DNA of 64,000 bases from Candidatus Versatilivorator sp. Its GTDB lineage: Bacteria > Acidobacteriota > Terriglobia > Versatilivoradales > Versatilivoraceae. The stretch spans positions 2,464,001 through 2,528,000 of the forward strand of contig OZ242296.1 in assembly GCA_965207735.1 (NCBI GenBank), read 5' to 3'. The notes beneath the pieces are model-generated. The model saw only the letters and a list, made by a program, of their open reading frames with translations, was not told where the DNA came from and searched no databases. Positions 9,558 through 18,749 of this stretch are shown in pieces (within the stretch, counting starts at the first letter, position 1; each line of letters starts with the position of its first letter). Both the position numbers and the translations under genes were made by a program.

Positions 9558-11315
9558 TCAGGCGGACGTCAGGCTGCCGTCGGGCCTCACCTTCATGTAG
9601 TGTCCGCGAATGCGGGTCGGGGTGCGGTAGGCCTCATGGAAGACCACCAGCACCCGCCCGTCTTTCATCTCGGTCATCCCCATCATCCCCGAACAAAGGG
9701 AGACGCGGGTTTCCCGAGACCAGCTCCGGCCTTCGTCAATGCTGGTCTTCATGAAGATGCCCGAGCCCCGGCTGCCCATGATGAGCACCCCCGAGCTGTG
9801 ACGCAGCAGCTGGGGGCACTCGCCGGTGCAGTCGGAAGGCACCTGCCGGGACCAGGTGAGCCCCTTGTCCCCGGAGCGGCTCATCCACATGAAGGGAGCC
9901 CGCAGGGTCCGGGCGAAGGCCACGATGCTGCCGTCGCCGCATTCCACCCCCATGCACTCGTTGCTGTCGAAGTTCTCGGGGTCGAGGTAGTAGGGGCCCG
10001 TCCAGGTCAGGCCGTCGTCGGTGGAGCGAATGGCCAGCGAGCGGTCGCGCCGCTCGGCGTTCGACTCCACGCTTCCCCCCGCCACCGTTTGCAGGTGGTA
10101 GTAGAACTGAAGCAGGGTGCCGTCCGAGTAGCGGGTGATGGGGGAGTAGGGACCGATCTTTCCCTCCCCGGCCGCGGCCTGCAGAGGCTTCCCGCTCACC
10201 TCCAAGGGCTGGGCCGGAGTCCAGGTTCGCCCCGCATCCTCCGAAAAGGCGACCTTGGGGCCGGCAACTTCGGAGTCCCATTCGTAGGTGTAGAGGCAGG
10301 ACAGGCGACCGTCCCGATGGCCGAAGAAAAACCCCGGCCTGCCGCCGTCGGGCAACTTCTCAACCAGCACCGGCTCCCCCCAACTCCTTCCCTCGTCGCG
10401 AGACCGGACCAGCAGGAAGTCGTTGAAGTGATGCGGGGGCCCGTTGACGCTCATCCACACCAGCAGATCGCCTTCGGCCGTCCGGCAGACCCCGGGATAG
10501 GTCTGGTTGTCGCCGTAACCCTTGTCCGGGTCGGGGTAGGGATAGAAGTAGCCGGGATGCTCCTCGCCGGCGGCACTCCAGGGAGCGTCCAGGTGGCCTC
10601 TCCTTCCCTGTAGGGACAGGCGCCGCATCTTGACCGGGCCCCGGGCCATCACCCCCGCCCGACCGGCCCGCCAGGTCCCGTCCCGGACATCCAGCACCGG
10701 TTCCCCGTCCACCAAGACCTGAATCCGGTCCCCCTCGGCCAGGACGCGGGCCTTTATCCAGCCCGGGGTCGCTTCTTCCCACTCTTCGGGCCGGGGTCCG
10801 CGCTGCACCCAACGCTCGGGCAGCCCGGGATGGGGCGCAAAACCGCCGGCAATGTCCCGCCGGTAACCGGAACCGTCCTGGACAAAGAGGCGCACCGCAT
10901 ACTTGGCTCCCTTTCGCCCCATGTCGTCGAACTCGACGCAGTAGAACCGGCGATCGTCCTGCGCCCGCAAGACGATCGACAGGTTGGTCACCGACCAGTA
11001 GAAGGTCTGAAACTCCAGGCTCAGGTCCGTATCGCTCAAGACCTCCCGGGTGGGATAGGCGAAATCCTCTCGCTTCAGCAGGTCGCTGTAGCGGGCCTTT
11101 CTCTGGTTCCACACCGGTGAATAGAGGATGCCCCGACTGTCCTGGGACCAATCCTCACTACCGACGAAAGTCCAGGAGTCGCGGTCGCCGTTGAGCTGCG
11201 GCTGCAGGGATACTTCAATCGGGGAACCCCCGACGCAGCCGCTCAGGCCGCTCAGAGCCCCGACCATGGCGCCCTTGATGAATTCCCTTCTCGGCAAATT
11301 GCCACCGGTCGACAT
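9558..11315 (-). CDS. Tat lipoprotein with N-terminal beta-sandwich and sialidase-like BNR domain
   Basis: PRREFIK Tat motif and LSGC lipobox; Asp boxes SRDEGRSW, SEDAGRTW, STDDGLTW, SGDKGLTW. Confidence 0.8.
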   Translation of the reverse strand: MSTGGNLPRREFIKGAMVGALSGLSGCVGGSPIEVSLQPQLNGDRDSWTFVGSEDWSQDSRGILYSPVWNQRKARYSDLLKREDFAYPTREVLSDTDLSLEFQTFYWSVTNLSIVLRAQDDRRFYCVEFDDMGRKGAKYAVRLFVQDGSGYRRDIAGGFAPHPGLPERWVQRGPRPEEWEEATPGWIKARVLAEGDRIQVLVDGEPVLDVRDGTWRAGRAGVMARGPVKMRRLSLQGRRGHLDAPWSAAGEEHPGYFYPYPDPDKGYGDNQTYPGVCRTAEGDLLVWMSVNGPPHHFNDFLLVRSRDEGRSWGEPVLVEKLPDGGRPGFFFGHRDGRLSCLYTYEWDSEVAGPKVAFSEDAGRTWTPAQPLEVSGKPLQAAAGEGKIGPYSPITRYSDGTLLQFYYHLQTVAGGSVESNAERRDRSLAIRSTDDGLTWTGPYYLDPENFDSNECMGVECGDGSIVAFARTLRAPFMWMSRSGDKGLTWSRQVPSDCTGECPQLLRHSSGVLIMGSRGSGIFMKTSIDEGRSWSRETRVSLCSGMMGMTEMKDGRVLVVFHEAYRTPTRIRGHYMKVRPDGSLTSA

Positions 11316-11375
11316 GAAATATCTCCTTTGGGCATTCAATTGGCTTGCGTCCTTCTGACATCCACGCCCATCTGC

Positions 11376-11462
11376 TGTCGCCGCCTTCGCGGCTCGGGCA
11401 TTGAGCTATCGGTTTCCATGGGCTTACGCCCACGGCTAAGTGCTGCCGCCGCTTCGCGGCTC
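11376..11462. repeat. REP-like element (CCATGGGcttacgCCCACGG / GCCGCTTCGCGGC)
   Basis: Near-identical second copy at 48457-48505. Confidence 0.75.
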
Positions 11463-11528
11463 CACCGGACCCCCGCCAACGTACCGACGCGACGGAATCA
11501 CCTGGGAGCCCTCGTTCCATGACCTCGT

Positions 11529-11672
11529 CACACAAAGGACACGAAATTGCAGAAACATTTGGGTGCCGATTGTCATTGAAACAGGTCCGTCTGTCTGTGC
11601 TTATTCGTGTTGATTCGTGTGCATTCGTGGTTCGTCTTTACTAACGATCGGCTGTTTTTCCTCAAATGATCC
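11529..11672. repeat. 10-bp-period inverted repeat mini-element with a degenerate IS110-cassette right end
   Basis: ATTCGTG x3 at 10-bp spacing (11603-11630) faces CACAAA/CACGAA (11531-11546); followed by TGTTTTTC-CT-CAAATGATCCGC. Confidence 0.55.
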
Positions 11673-11693
11673 GCACGGAAGACCAGGCTTCGC

Positions 11694-12725
11694 CTAGGCC
11701 TCCCTCCCCACCGGACCTTCCAACACCACCACGTCCACATCCCGGCCCTCCAGCCTGATCTGCCCCGGTAGCCGAGCCAGGGGCTTCAGGCCGAATCGGC
11801 GGAAGCGTTCCTGCTTGCCCTCGTCCGAAGCCGCCACGTAGGCCTGGAGCTGCTCGACCCCGCGAGCCGCGGCCTCCGACAGCAGCCATTGCGTCAAGGA
11901 GTCCGCCCCCTCGGCGTAGTCATCGTGACTGCAGACGTCGATGACCGCCTTGTGGCGCCGATATTCCCCGGGTTCAGGGGTAATGGAGCCAAAGCCCAGA
12001 ACCCGATGGGCAGACTCACCCACCAGGACGCCCAGCACCCCGCCGCGCGGCGCCGCTTCTTCGTGAACCGCCGGAAAGTTGGAGACACACCGCTGCAACT
12101 TGACGTATTTCCCCGAAAGCAGGGCCCGCGGATAGTCCAACACCAGGGTGTTCCAGGGCTGAACCACGAAGCAGGCGAAGGCAGGCAGGTCCCCCCAACT
12201 GGACTGGCGAACCGAGATGGCTTGGCCCGGTGCGAAAAAGGACTCCTCGCACCCAGACGAATCCTCCCGCTCCAACCGCATGACGCCTCCGTTCCACCAG
12301 CGAAACCCGCAGCGGAGATAGACGTTCCGGGGATCTCGGGTGGCCCCCAGGTAGGACACCCGGCAGCCGGCCCGGAAGGAGAGATCCGCCACGGCGGAAG
12401 TCAGGGCTTCGGCCACTCCCAGTCTGCGGCAGTCCGGGTGGGTCAGGACCGATCCGACCACCGAGACTTCCGGTTCCCGGCAGGGAAAGCAGACCGAGGC
12501 CGTTCCGGCCGGACGGCCTTCGATGGTCCCCAGGACCGCCTGGATCCTGAGATGTTGGCTGTAGTCGCCGTTCATGGACCGCAGCCAGTCGTAGTCCCCC
12601 CCGGTCCACTCGGTCCGCCATAACCCGATGAGCGCGTTTTGGCGGGCGGAGTCGATGGGAAAGGTCAGGACCTCGATTTCCAGGCTGCGTCCGTCTCTCA
12701 GCGGGATGGAATATCGGTCTGCCAT
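11694..12725 (-). CDS. Tandem GNAT N-acetyltransferase
   Basis: 'VLTHPDCRRLGVA' acetyl-CoA motif; second GNAT-like C-terminal half. Confidence 0.75.
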   Translation of the reverse strand: MADRYSIPLRDGRSLEIEVLTFPIDSARQNALIGLWRTEWTGGDYDWLRSMNGDYSQHLRIQAVLGTIEGRPAGTASVCFPCREPEVSVVGSVLTHPDCRRLGVAEALTSAVADLSFRAGCRVSYLGATRDPRNVYLRCGFRWWNGGVMRLEREDSSGCEESFFAPGQAISVRQSSWGDLPAFACFVVQPWNTLVLDYPRALLSGKYVKLQRCVSNFPAVHEEAAPRGGVLGVLVGESAHRVLGFGSITPEPGEYRRHKAVIDVCSHDDYAEGADSLTQWLLSEAAARGVEQLQAYVAASDEGKQERFRRFGLKPLARLPGQIRLEGRDVDVVVLEGPVGREA

Positions 12726-12749
12726 CGGCATCTCCCCCAGGCGGGCCAA

Positions 12750-14222
12750 TCAACTCCCGGCCCGCTCCTCCAGTTGTTTCGCAAAGGGATCCCCGGTACG
12801 CCGCGACCAGGCCAGCAAGGCCTCCCTGAGGGTGCTCGCCGTCGAGGCCCGGTCGGACCGGGCCGCCAGGTTGGCCATTTCGCCGGGATCCTCGCCCAGG
12901 TGGTAGAGTTCGGTCTCGCCGTTCTCATGCAGCACGTACTTCCAGGGCCGGCGCACGATGGCCCGCCAGTTCTCCACCCCGTGCCAACCGGCAAAGTTGC
13001 GAGCCACGTTGTATTGCACGAAACAGTCGCGGGCCGCGGGCTCGGGCTCGGCGCCCCTCAAATAGGGAACCAGACTCTCTCCTTCCAAGCCCAGGGACTC
13101 GACCCCTACGCCGGCCAGGTCCAGCAGCGTAGCCGCCACGTCAACATGGCTGGCGTCCACTCGACACCGCCTGCCCGGCTTGAAGGCCGCCGGCCAGCGC
13201 ATGGCCCAGGGAACCCGGATGGCCTCCTCGTAGGGACAGAACTTTTGCCAAAGCCCGTGCTGTCCCATCATCTCGGCATGGTCGGAGAGCATCACCAGCA
13301 GAGTGTCGTCCAGCAGATCGCATGCTTCCAGGCGCTGGACAAACTGGCCGAATAGCCAGTCGATGTAAGTAGCGTATCCCCAGTAGACGGCGATGGACTT
13401 GCGCCAGGCCGAGAAGTCTTCCCCCCACTCGTTTCTCAAGCGGCGGTAGTAGCTTCCCTCCAGGAAGCCGGGCTCACCCGTGCCCGGATTCCAGTTGTCC
13501 GGTTCGGGGATGTCCTCGGGCTCGTAGAGGTGGTACCAGGGCTCGGGCACCACCAGGGGCGGATGGGGACCCTCCAGGCTGATCACCAGGAAAAAGGGCC
13601 TGTCGGGATCCCGCAGGCCGAACATCTCGAAGCCGTGGCCCAGGATCCAGCGGTTGTGCTCCTTGTCGGCGGGGATGTCCAGGATTCCGGTCTGAGGCAC
13701 CGTCATTCTCGGATAGTGTAAGGAACGATAGGGACCGCTGCGCTCGTCGTCGTGAAAGATGAAGCCGTCGGGGACTCCCTGCCAGCGGCACCACTCGGAG
13801 TAGGAACGGTCCCCATTGTCGCAGGCGCTGACCCAGTCGAACCAGCGCTGAACATTGCGAGTCCCCAGGTGCCATTTGCCGGCGTAGAGGCACTGGTATC
13901 CCTCCTCCCGCAGAAAGTGGGAGATCGGAGGCCGGGTGATCTCCATGTCCGGATACTCGTCCTCTTCTCCCACCCGAAGCGCCCCCAGGTAGGGCAGATG
14001 GGGCATCCCGGCCTGGTGGGGCTGGAACCCGGTAAAGAAGGAAGCCCGGGCCGGAGAGCAGATAGGGCTGGTTGTGCGCAGATTTTCCATCAGGACCCCT
14101 TCCCGGGCCACGCGGTCCCAGGTGGGAGTTCGGCAGGCGGTCCGTCCAAGGATTCCGAGGGTGTCCAATCGCTGATTGTCACTGATCAGGAGGACGATAT
14201 TGGGTCTGGAAGGGGTGCTCAT
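12750..14222 (-). CDS. Formylglycine-dependent sulfatase
   Basis: RPNIVLLISD, CSPAR (CxPxR), GKWHLG, PHPP and SDH motifs. Confidence 0.9.
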   Translation of the reverse strand: MSTPSRPNIVLLISDNQRLDTLGILGRTACRTPTWDRVAREGVLMENLRTTSPICSPARASFFTGFQPHQAGMPHLPYLGALRVGEEDEYPDMEITRPPISHFLREEGYQCLYAGKWHLGTRNVQRWFDWVSACDNGDRSYSEWCRWQGVPDGFIFHDDERSGPYRSLHYPRMTVPQTGILDIPADKEHNRWILGHGFEMFGLRDPDRPFFLVISLEGPHPPLVVPEPWYHLYEPEDIPEPDNWNPGTGEPGFLEGSYYRRLRNEWGEDFSAWRKSIAVYWGYATYIDWLFGQFVQRLEACDLLDDTLLVMLSDHAEMMGQHGLWQKFCPYEEAIRVPWAMRWPAAFKPGRRCRVDASHVDVAATLLDLAGVGVESLGLEGESLVPYLRGAEPEPAARDCFVQYNVARNFAGWHGVENWRAIVRRPWKYVLHENGETELYHLGEDPGEMANLAARSDRASTASTLREALLAWSRRTGDPFAKQLEERAGS

Positions 14223-14458
14223 GGCTCTGATTGGCTGTGGGAAGAGGTCCCGGCACCGGCGTTCCCGCGGGACCGGCCACTGCAAGAAAGGGGGACATTA
14301 TAGGTCGCCGGCAGACACGATCACAAGGTCCCTGCCCGATCCCCTGGCAAACCCCAACCCCGCTCTGCCGTGCGGACCATGCGACAGCGTGACAACGCAT
14401 TCTTATGGGCGATCGGGAGCAAGAACGATGTCCGGCTTGTCTGAAACAACCCCGCAGT

Positions 14459-15853
14459 TCAAGCGGCTGCGATTTGTGGAACCAGGTTGAAACCAAGAGA
14501 CTTAGCAGCATCTTTGAGGCCCGCGAGGCGTCGTCGCCGGAACCGGTCCTCGTAGCACGCTTCCCCGATGTCGATGTAGTCCTGGCCGTAGCGCAGCATG
14601 CGGTAGACGAGAACGGCCAGCCGGCGGGCCATGGAGAAGACGGCGACGGTCCATCCCTTGTGGCGGGCCTTGCGACGGAAGGCGGCCCCCAGAGCGGTCT
14701 TGGAGTGCTTCAGAGAGACGGCTGCCATGCGCAGGACGGCGGCGGCGCGAGTAGACCCGGTGCTGTTGGCCTTCTTGTAGTGGAGCGGCTTGCCTGCGGA
14801 GACGGCCGTTTTTGGAGCCAGGCGCAGCCAGGATACAAAGTGCTTCTCCGAGGGGAAGGCCGTCAGGTCGAGGCCGGCCTCAGTCAGCAGGGTCAGGGCC
14901 GCTTCGGTGCCGATGCCGTCGATGCGCGTCAGATCGACTCCGGCAAAGCGCCACAGTTCGGTGCGCAGGTGGTGCCCACCGCGGCGGCGAATCGCCTTTT
15001 CCTTGATCGCATTGGGATGCTTCGGCACGGGCTGGTCGTGGCGCTCCACCGGTTGCAGCGCCTGGATTTCCTCCAGGAAGCGGGCCTCATAGGCCGCAAT
15101 CTCGCGTTGAGTCATGTCGTAGAGCTTCAGCGCCGACTTGAGGTTGAACAGATGCTCTTCTCGCCAGTTGCCTCTGAGGTGCTCGGCAAACTCCCGGCTG
15201 GACTTCTTGCACCGTCGGTCCCGCAGACCCGCCAGACGGACCGGGTCCCGTTCTCCGTTGACAATCGCCCGCACGATCGCTATCCCCGTCTGACCGGTCA
15301 GATCGGTGACCGCACGATGGATCTGGACGTTCATCTGATCCAGCGCCTTCTGCATCCACTGCACAAAGCGGGTACTCTCGGCCCCCAGAGTGCTCAGTTG
15401 CCGGTGCAGGGTCCGAACCCGGACGATCGCCTCGTGCGGACGGAAGGATCCCCGCAGCAAGCCGCAACTGTGCAGCAACTGGATCCACTGGCAGTCCCGC
15501 ATGTCGGTCTTGCGGCCCGGAACGTAGCGCAACTGCCGGGCGTTGACCAGCAAGACCTCGATGCCGCAGGACTCCAGCAGTTCGTAGAGGGGAATCCAAT
15601 ACACGTTGGTGCTCTCCATCGCCACCGACTCCACCCCTTGCTCCAGCAACCAGTCGGCCAGTTGCTGCAGTTGCTCCATGGTGGTGCCGAAGGTGCGCAC
15701 GTTCGGCTTCCCTGGGGTCACCTCCAGAGCGCACACCCAGTGCTCCCGACTCCCCAGGTCGATCCCTGCCACCTCGGGGTGGATCCGCGACAAGGCTGTC
15801 GAACGGCTGCGCTTCTTCTTCGTCTTCGTGTTGACTTTCCTGCTCTTTTGCAT
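14459..15853 (-). CDS. IS110 family DEDD recombinase/transposase
   Basis: GIDLG, MEST and KTDMRD (DEDD); 'IDGIG' HhH and 'SAG' in the C-terminal domain; GAGGAGG RBS. Confidence 0.95.
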   Translation of the reverse strand: MQKSRKVNTKTKKKRSRSTALSRIHPEVAGIDLGSREHWVCALEVTPGKPNVRTFGTTMEQLQQLADWLLEQGVESVAMESTNVYWIPLYELLESCGIEVLLVNARQLRYVPGRKTDMRDCQWIQLLHSCGLLRGSFRPHEAIVRVRTLHRQLSTLGAESTRFVQWMQKALDQMNVQIHRAVTDLTGQTGIAIVRAIVNGERDPVRLAGLRDRRCKKSSREFAEHLRGNWREEHLFNLKSALKLYDMTQREIAAYEARFLEEIQALQPVERHDQPVPKHPNAIKEKAIRRRGGHHLRTELWRFAGVDLTRIDGIGTEAALTLLTEAGLDLTAFPSEKHFVSWLRLAPKTAVSAGKPLHYKKANSTGSTRAAAVLRMAAVSLKHSKTALGAAFRRKARHKGWTVAVFSMARRLAVLVYRMLRYGQDYIDIGEACYEDRFRRRRLAGLKDAAKSLGFNLVPQIAAA

Positions 15854-15859
15854 GAGATT

Positions 15860-16060
15860 GGCCTCCTCGGCGGCGATCACTCCGGCCCGAGTTGGCGTGG
15901 TCGTTCGGATTCTTGTCTTGAGGAGAGCTTCCCGGGAAGCCTCACTAATGAATGATGACCTGCTCGGACCCAGACTTGCCTTGGGGCACGGGGCACCAAT
16001 GCTGGAACGGGGCGTAGCTGCCGGAGTCTCGCCAGGTGCTTATTCTTTCACAATGATCCG
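15860..16060 (-). ncRNA. Putative IS110 bridge/seek RNA (non-coding leader)
   Basis: ~200-bp non-coding region upstream of the transposase, with hairpin GCTTCCCGGGAAGC and 7-8-nt matches to the inferred target halves. The location follows the known IS110-group layout; RNA ends are not determined. Confidence 0.55.
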
Positions 16061-16113
16061 TTGTTTCACCCTCGAATGATCCGCCCGTCGTGGGGGGCGG
16101 GGGCGGGACTTGT

Positions 16114-16441
16114 CTGAAACAACCGACAAAAGACAAAAGAAAAAGACTTATCCACGAAGGGGCGCGAAGGACCACGAAGGGCCACGAAGGCGCTGAGGTT
16201 GGCCGCGACGGGGTGCCAAGTTCGCGAAGGGTTGATCGATTTCCGATTGTTTCACTCTATGTATGATCCGCACGGCAGGGCGGGGACCCGGCTTGTCTGA
16301 AACAACCGACAAGAGACAAAAGAAAAAGACTTATCCACGAAGGGGCACGAAGAACGACGAAGGGGCACTAAGGCGCTGAGGTTGGCCGCGACGGGGTACC
16401 AAGTTCGCGAAGGGATGATCGTTTTCCGATTGTTTCACCCT
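16114..16441. mobile_element. Two tandem 145-bp non-autonomous cassettes with IS110 ends (16114-16258, 16297-16441)
   Basis: Each begins CTGAAACAACC and ends TGTTTCACYCT; each is flanked by CTTGT on the left and TGATCCG a few bp to the right. Confidence 0.75.
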
Positions 16442-16661
16442 CGTTTGATCCGCCCCGGGGTAGGGTGGCGTGGGCAGGGCTTGCGGGCAAAGGGCGCCGG
16501 TCGGCGTTCAGAGAAGTCGCCCGCCGGCAAGAAGTGCAAGTCTGCCAAGATCCGAGACGCTCGGCGATTGCCTGTGCTAAGCTTCCCTCCCGAATCGAAG
16601 CCGGAGTTGGCCAGCCCGAATCGCTCCGGAATTTTCGAGTCCCAACCCCGCGAGCAGTCCC

Positions 16662-17669
16662 GTGGCCCAGACATCCCGCAGGCGGTTCCTCTCGCAGTTG
16701 GCAGCCGGACAGAACCTGGGGCCGTCTCCCGGCTCTCGGCCCCGCCGGTCCCTGAACGACCTCCGCCAGGTGCTACGCGGTGTTCACAGCTACCTGCCAA
16801 CGCCCTTTCACGCCAATCTCGAGATCGACCCCGAGGGAATGCGACAAAACGCAGCCTTCTACGCCGAGGCTGGAGTCCAGCCGCTGAGCCTGGTGGTGGC
16901 GGCCGGACTGGGCGAGCTGTTCTCGCTCGGCTTCGAGGAACACCGGGAGGTGGTGGGCGCAGCGGCGGCGGGGGCCAACGGCCGGATTCCGGTGGTGGCC
17001 GGCGTTCGAGGGGGCTACCGGTTCGCCTTGCGGATGTCCCGCAACGCCGAGGAGTCCGGCGCCGACGCCATTCTGATCTTTCCTCCCCCCGGGGGGCCTC
17101 AGACCCTGGAGGGCCTGCGGCAGTATTTCACCGAGATTGCCCGCTCGGTAGGCATCGGCGTGCTGATCTACCCGCGGACGCAACAGGACGACTGGTCCAG
17201 TTTGCTGGAGGAGTTGGCGGACATGCCCAATGTACTGGGGTTCAAGGACGGCAGCCGTGGCATCGCCCTGGGCCGATCCCTGGAACCCCGGACTCGGAAG
17301 CGGCTCGTCTGGACGGCCCGGGGGGAAGAGCATGCGCTCCGGGCCCTGCCGGCCGGGGCCACCGCTTACGCCACCTCCTTCGCCTCACTGGCGCCCAAGG
17401 CTTGCCATGAATTCTGGAGGCTGGGCGCCAAGGGAGACGCCAAGGGCATGGAGAGTCTCTTCAGGAAGCGCATTGCGCCCCTGACCACCATCCGCCGTCG
17501 GCTCCCCCTGCCCGACCGCGCTCCGGGTTTCGGGGTCGCCGCCATCAAGGCGGCCCTGCAGGCCCTGGGACGGGCTGGAGGCAGCGTGCGCCCGCCCAAG
17601 CTTCAGGTCGGCGAAACGGCGGGGATCGCTGAGATTGCAGCCAAGTACTCGGAGTTGACCAAGGGATGA
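16662..17669 (+). CDS. DHDPS/NAL-family protein (5-dehydro-4-deoxyglucarate dehydratase-like)
   Basis: PTPF, GLGE, LIY and GFKDG (Schiff-base Lys); N-terminal SRRRFL without a clear h-region. Confidence 0.8.
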   Translation: MAQTSRRRFLSQLAAGQNLGPSPGSRPRRSLNDLRQVLRGVHSYLPTPFHANLEIDPEGMRQNAAFYAEAGVQPLSLVVAAGLGELFSLGFEEHREVVGAAAAGANGRIPVVAGVRGGYRFALRMSRNAEESGADAILIFPPPGGPQTLEGLRQYFTEIARSVGIGVLIYPRTQQDDWSSLLEELADMPNVLGFKDGSRGIALGRSLEPRTRKRLVWTARGEEHALRALPAGATAYATSFASLAPKACHEFWRLGAKGDAKGMESLFRKRIAPLTTIRRRLPLPDRAPGFGVAAIKAALQALGRAGGSVRPPKLQVGETAGIAEIAAKYSELTKG

Positions 17670-18685
17670 TGGAAAACAAGCGGCGCCGGTTCTTGACGAC
17701 CGTCGGCCTGCTGGCAGGAGGAACACTAGCCGCATCGGCAGGCTGTTCCCCAGTTCCCGGGCCCAGGCGTTCCATGGAGGAACTCACCCGGGCCTGCCGG
17801 GGAGTCCACAACTTCCTGACCACCCCCTTCCTGCCCGATGGGGCGCTGGACGTCGAGGGGCTTCGCGGCAACGTGGCCTACCACGCCGAACGGCATCCGG
17901 AGGACATGACCATCGTGGCGACCTGCAACCTGGGGGAGCTCTTCTCGCTCGACCTGGAGGAGCACCAGGCTGCCGGGCGGGCGGCGGTGGAGGGAGCCCA
18001 GGGAAAGATGCCGGTCATCCAGGGTGTGGCGGGCGGCTACCAACTGACCCTGGAGATGGCGCGCAACGCCGAGCGGGCCGGCGTGGACGCTCTCATGCTG
18101 TTTGCCCCCCCTTACGGCAGCTCGACCGCCCAAGGTGTCTACCAGTACATGCACCGGGTGGCCACGGCCGTGCCCATGGGCGTCTTCGTCAACATGTGGC
18201 ACGGCTACGCCGTAGCGGTCGAGGATTACTGGGCACAGGTGATCCGGGAACTCGCCAGGCTTCCCAACGTGATCGGCTTCCAGGACTCCAGCGGCGGCGT
18301 GGAGGTGGGCCACTCGCTGGGAGAGCTGATCCCCGATCGGTTTCTGTGGATTGCCCGAGGAGAAGGCCACGCCGTCAAGGCCCTTCCTGCCGGAGCCCGA
18401 GCCTACACGGCCGCTGTGGCCTGCCTGGCGCCGGAGGCTTGCCGAGCCTTCTGGAAAAAGGGCACCGCCGGCAACCTGGTCGAGATGAACCGGATCCTGG
18501 AGCAACGGATCGCTCCAATGGCCGCCGTGCGCAGCCTGCGGCCCGGCTACAGCGCCGCCGGCATCAAGGTGGCCCTGGAGACGGTGGGAAGAGCCGGAGG
18601 ACCCACCCGGCCTCCCATGGGCCAGGTGGCGTCCGAGGATCGACCCCGGATCGAGACGATCGTCGGGCGCCATGCGGAGTCCTGA
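17666..18685 (+). CDS. DHDPS-family paralogue lacking the catalytic Lys; Tat lipoprotein signal
   Basis: TTPF, NLGE, GFQDS (K to Q); KRRRFL...LAASAGC. Confidence 0.75.
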   Translation: MMENKRRRFLTTVGLLAGGTLAASAGCSPVPGPRRSMEELTRACRGVHNFLTTPFLPDGALDVEGLRGNVAYHAERHPEDMTIVATCNLGELFSLDLEEHQAAGRAAVEGAQGKMPVIQGVAGGYQLTLEMARNAERAGVDALMLFAPPYGSSTAQGVYQYMHRVATAVPMGVFVNMWHGYAVAVEDYWAQVIRELARLPNVIGFQDSSGGVEVGHSLGELIPDRFLWIARGEGHAVKALPAGARAYTAAVACLAPEACRAFWKKGTAGNLVEMNRILEQRIAPMAAVRSLRPGYSAAGIKVALETVGRAGGPTRPPMGQVASEDRPRIETIVGRHAES

Positions 18686-18749
18686 GGAGCGCCCCGCCGG
18701 AACGTTTCAATGCGTTATCCCGTATAAGCCCAACCCTCGAGGAGAAACC

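Larger units (their letters stand above)
14441..16072 (-). mobile_element. IS110-family insertion sequence (boundaries inferred from CT cores and sub-terminal IRs)
   Basis: TGAAACAAC (14442-14450) and GTTGTTTCA (16060-16068) form inverted repeats; CT at both junctions; the same ends are found on short cassettes. Confidence 0.8.

Noticed and set aside
16060-16480. CRISPR array (repeat-spacer appearance)
   Set aside because: Units are ~160 bp, spacers are related GC hairpins rather than unique sequences, and no cas genes are present; IS110-end cassettes explain it better.
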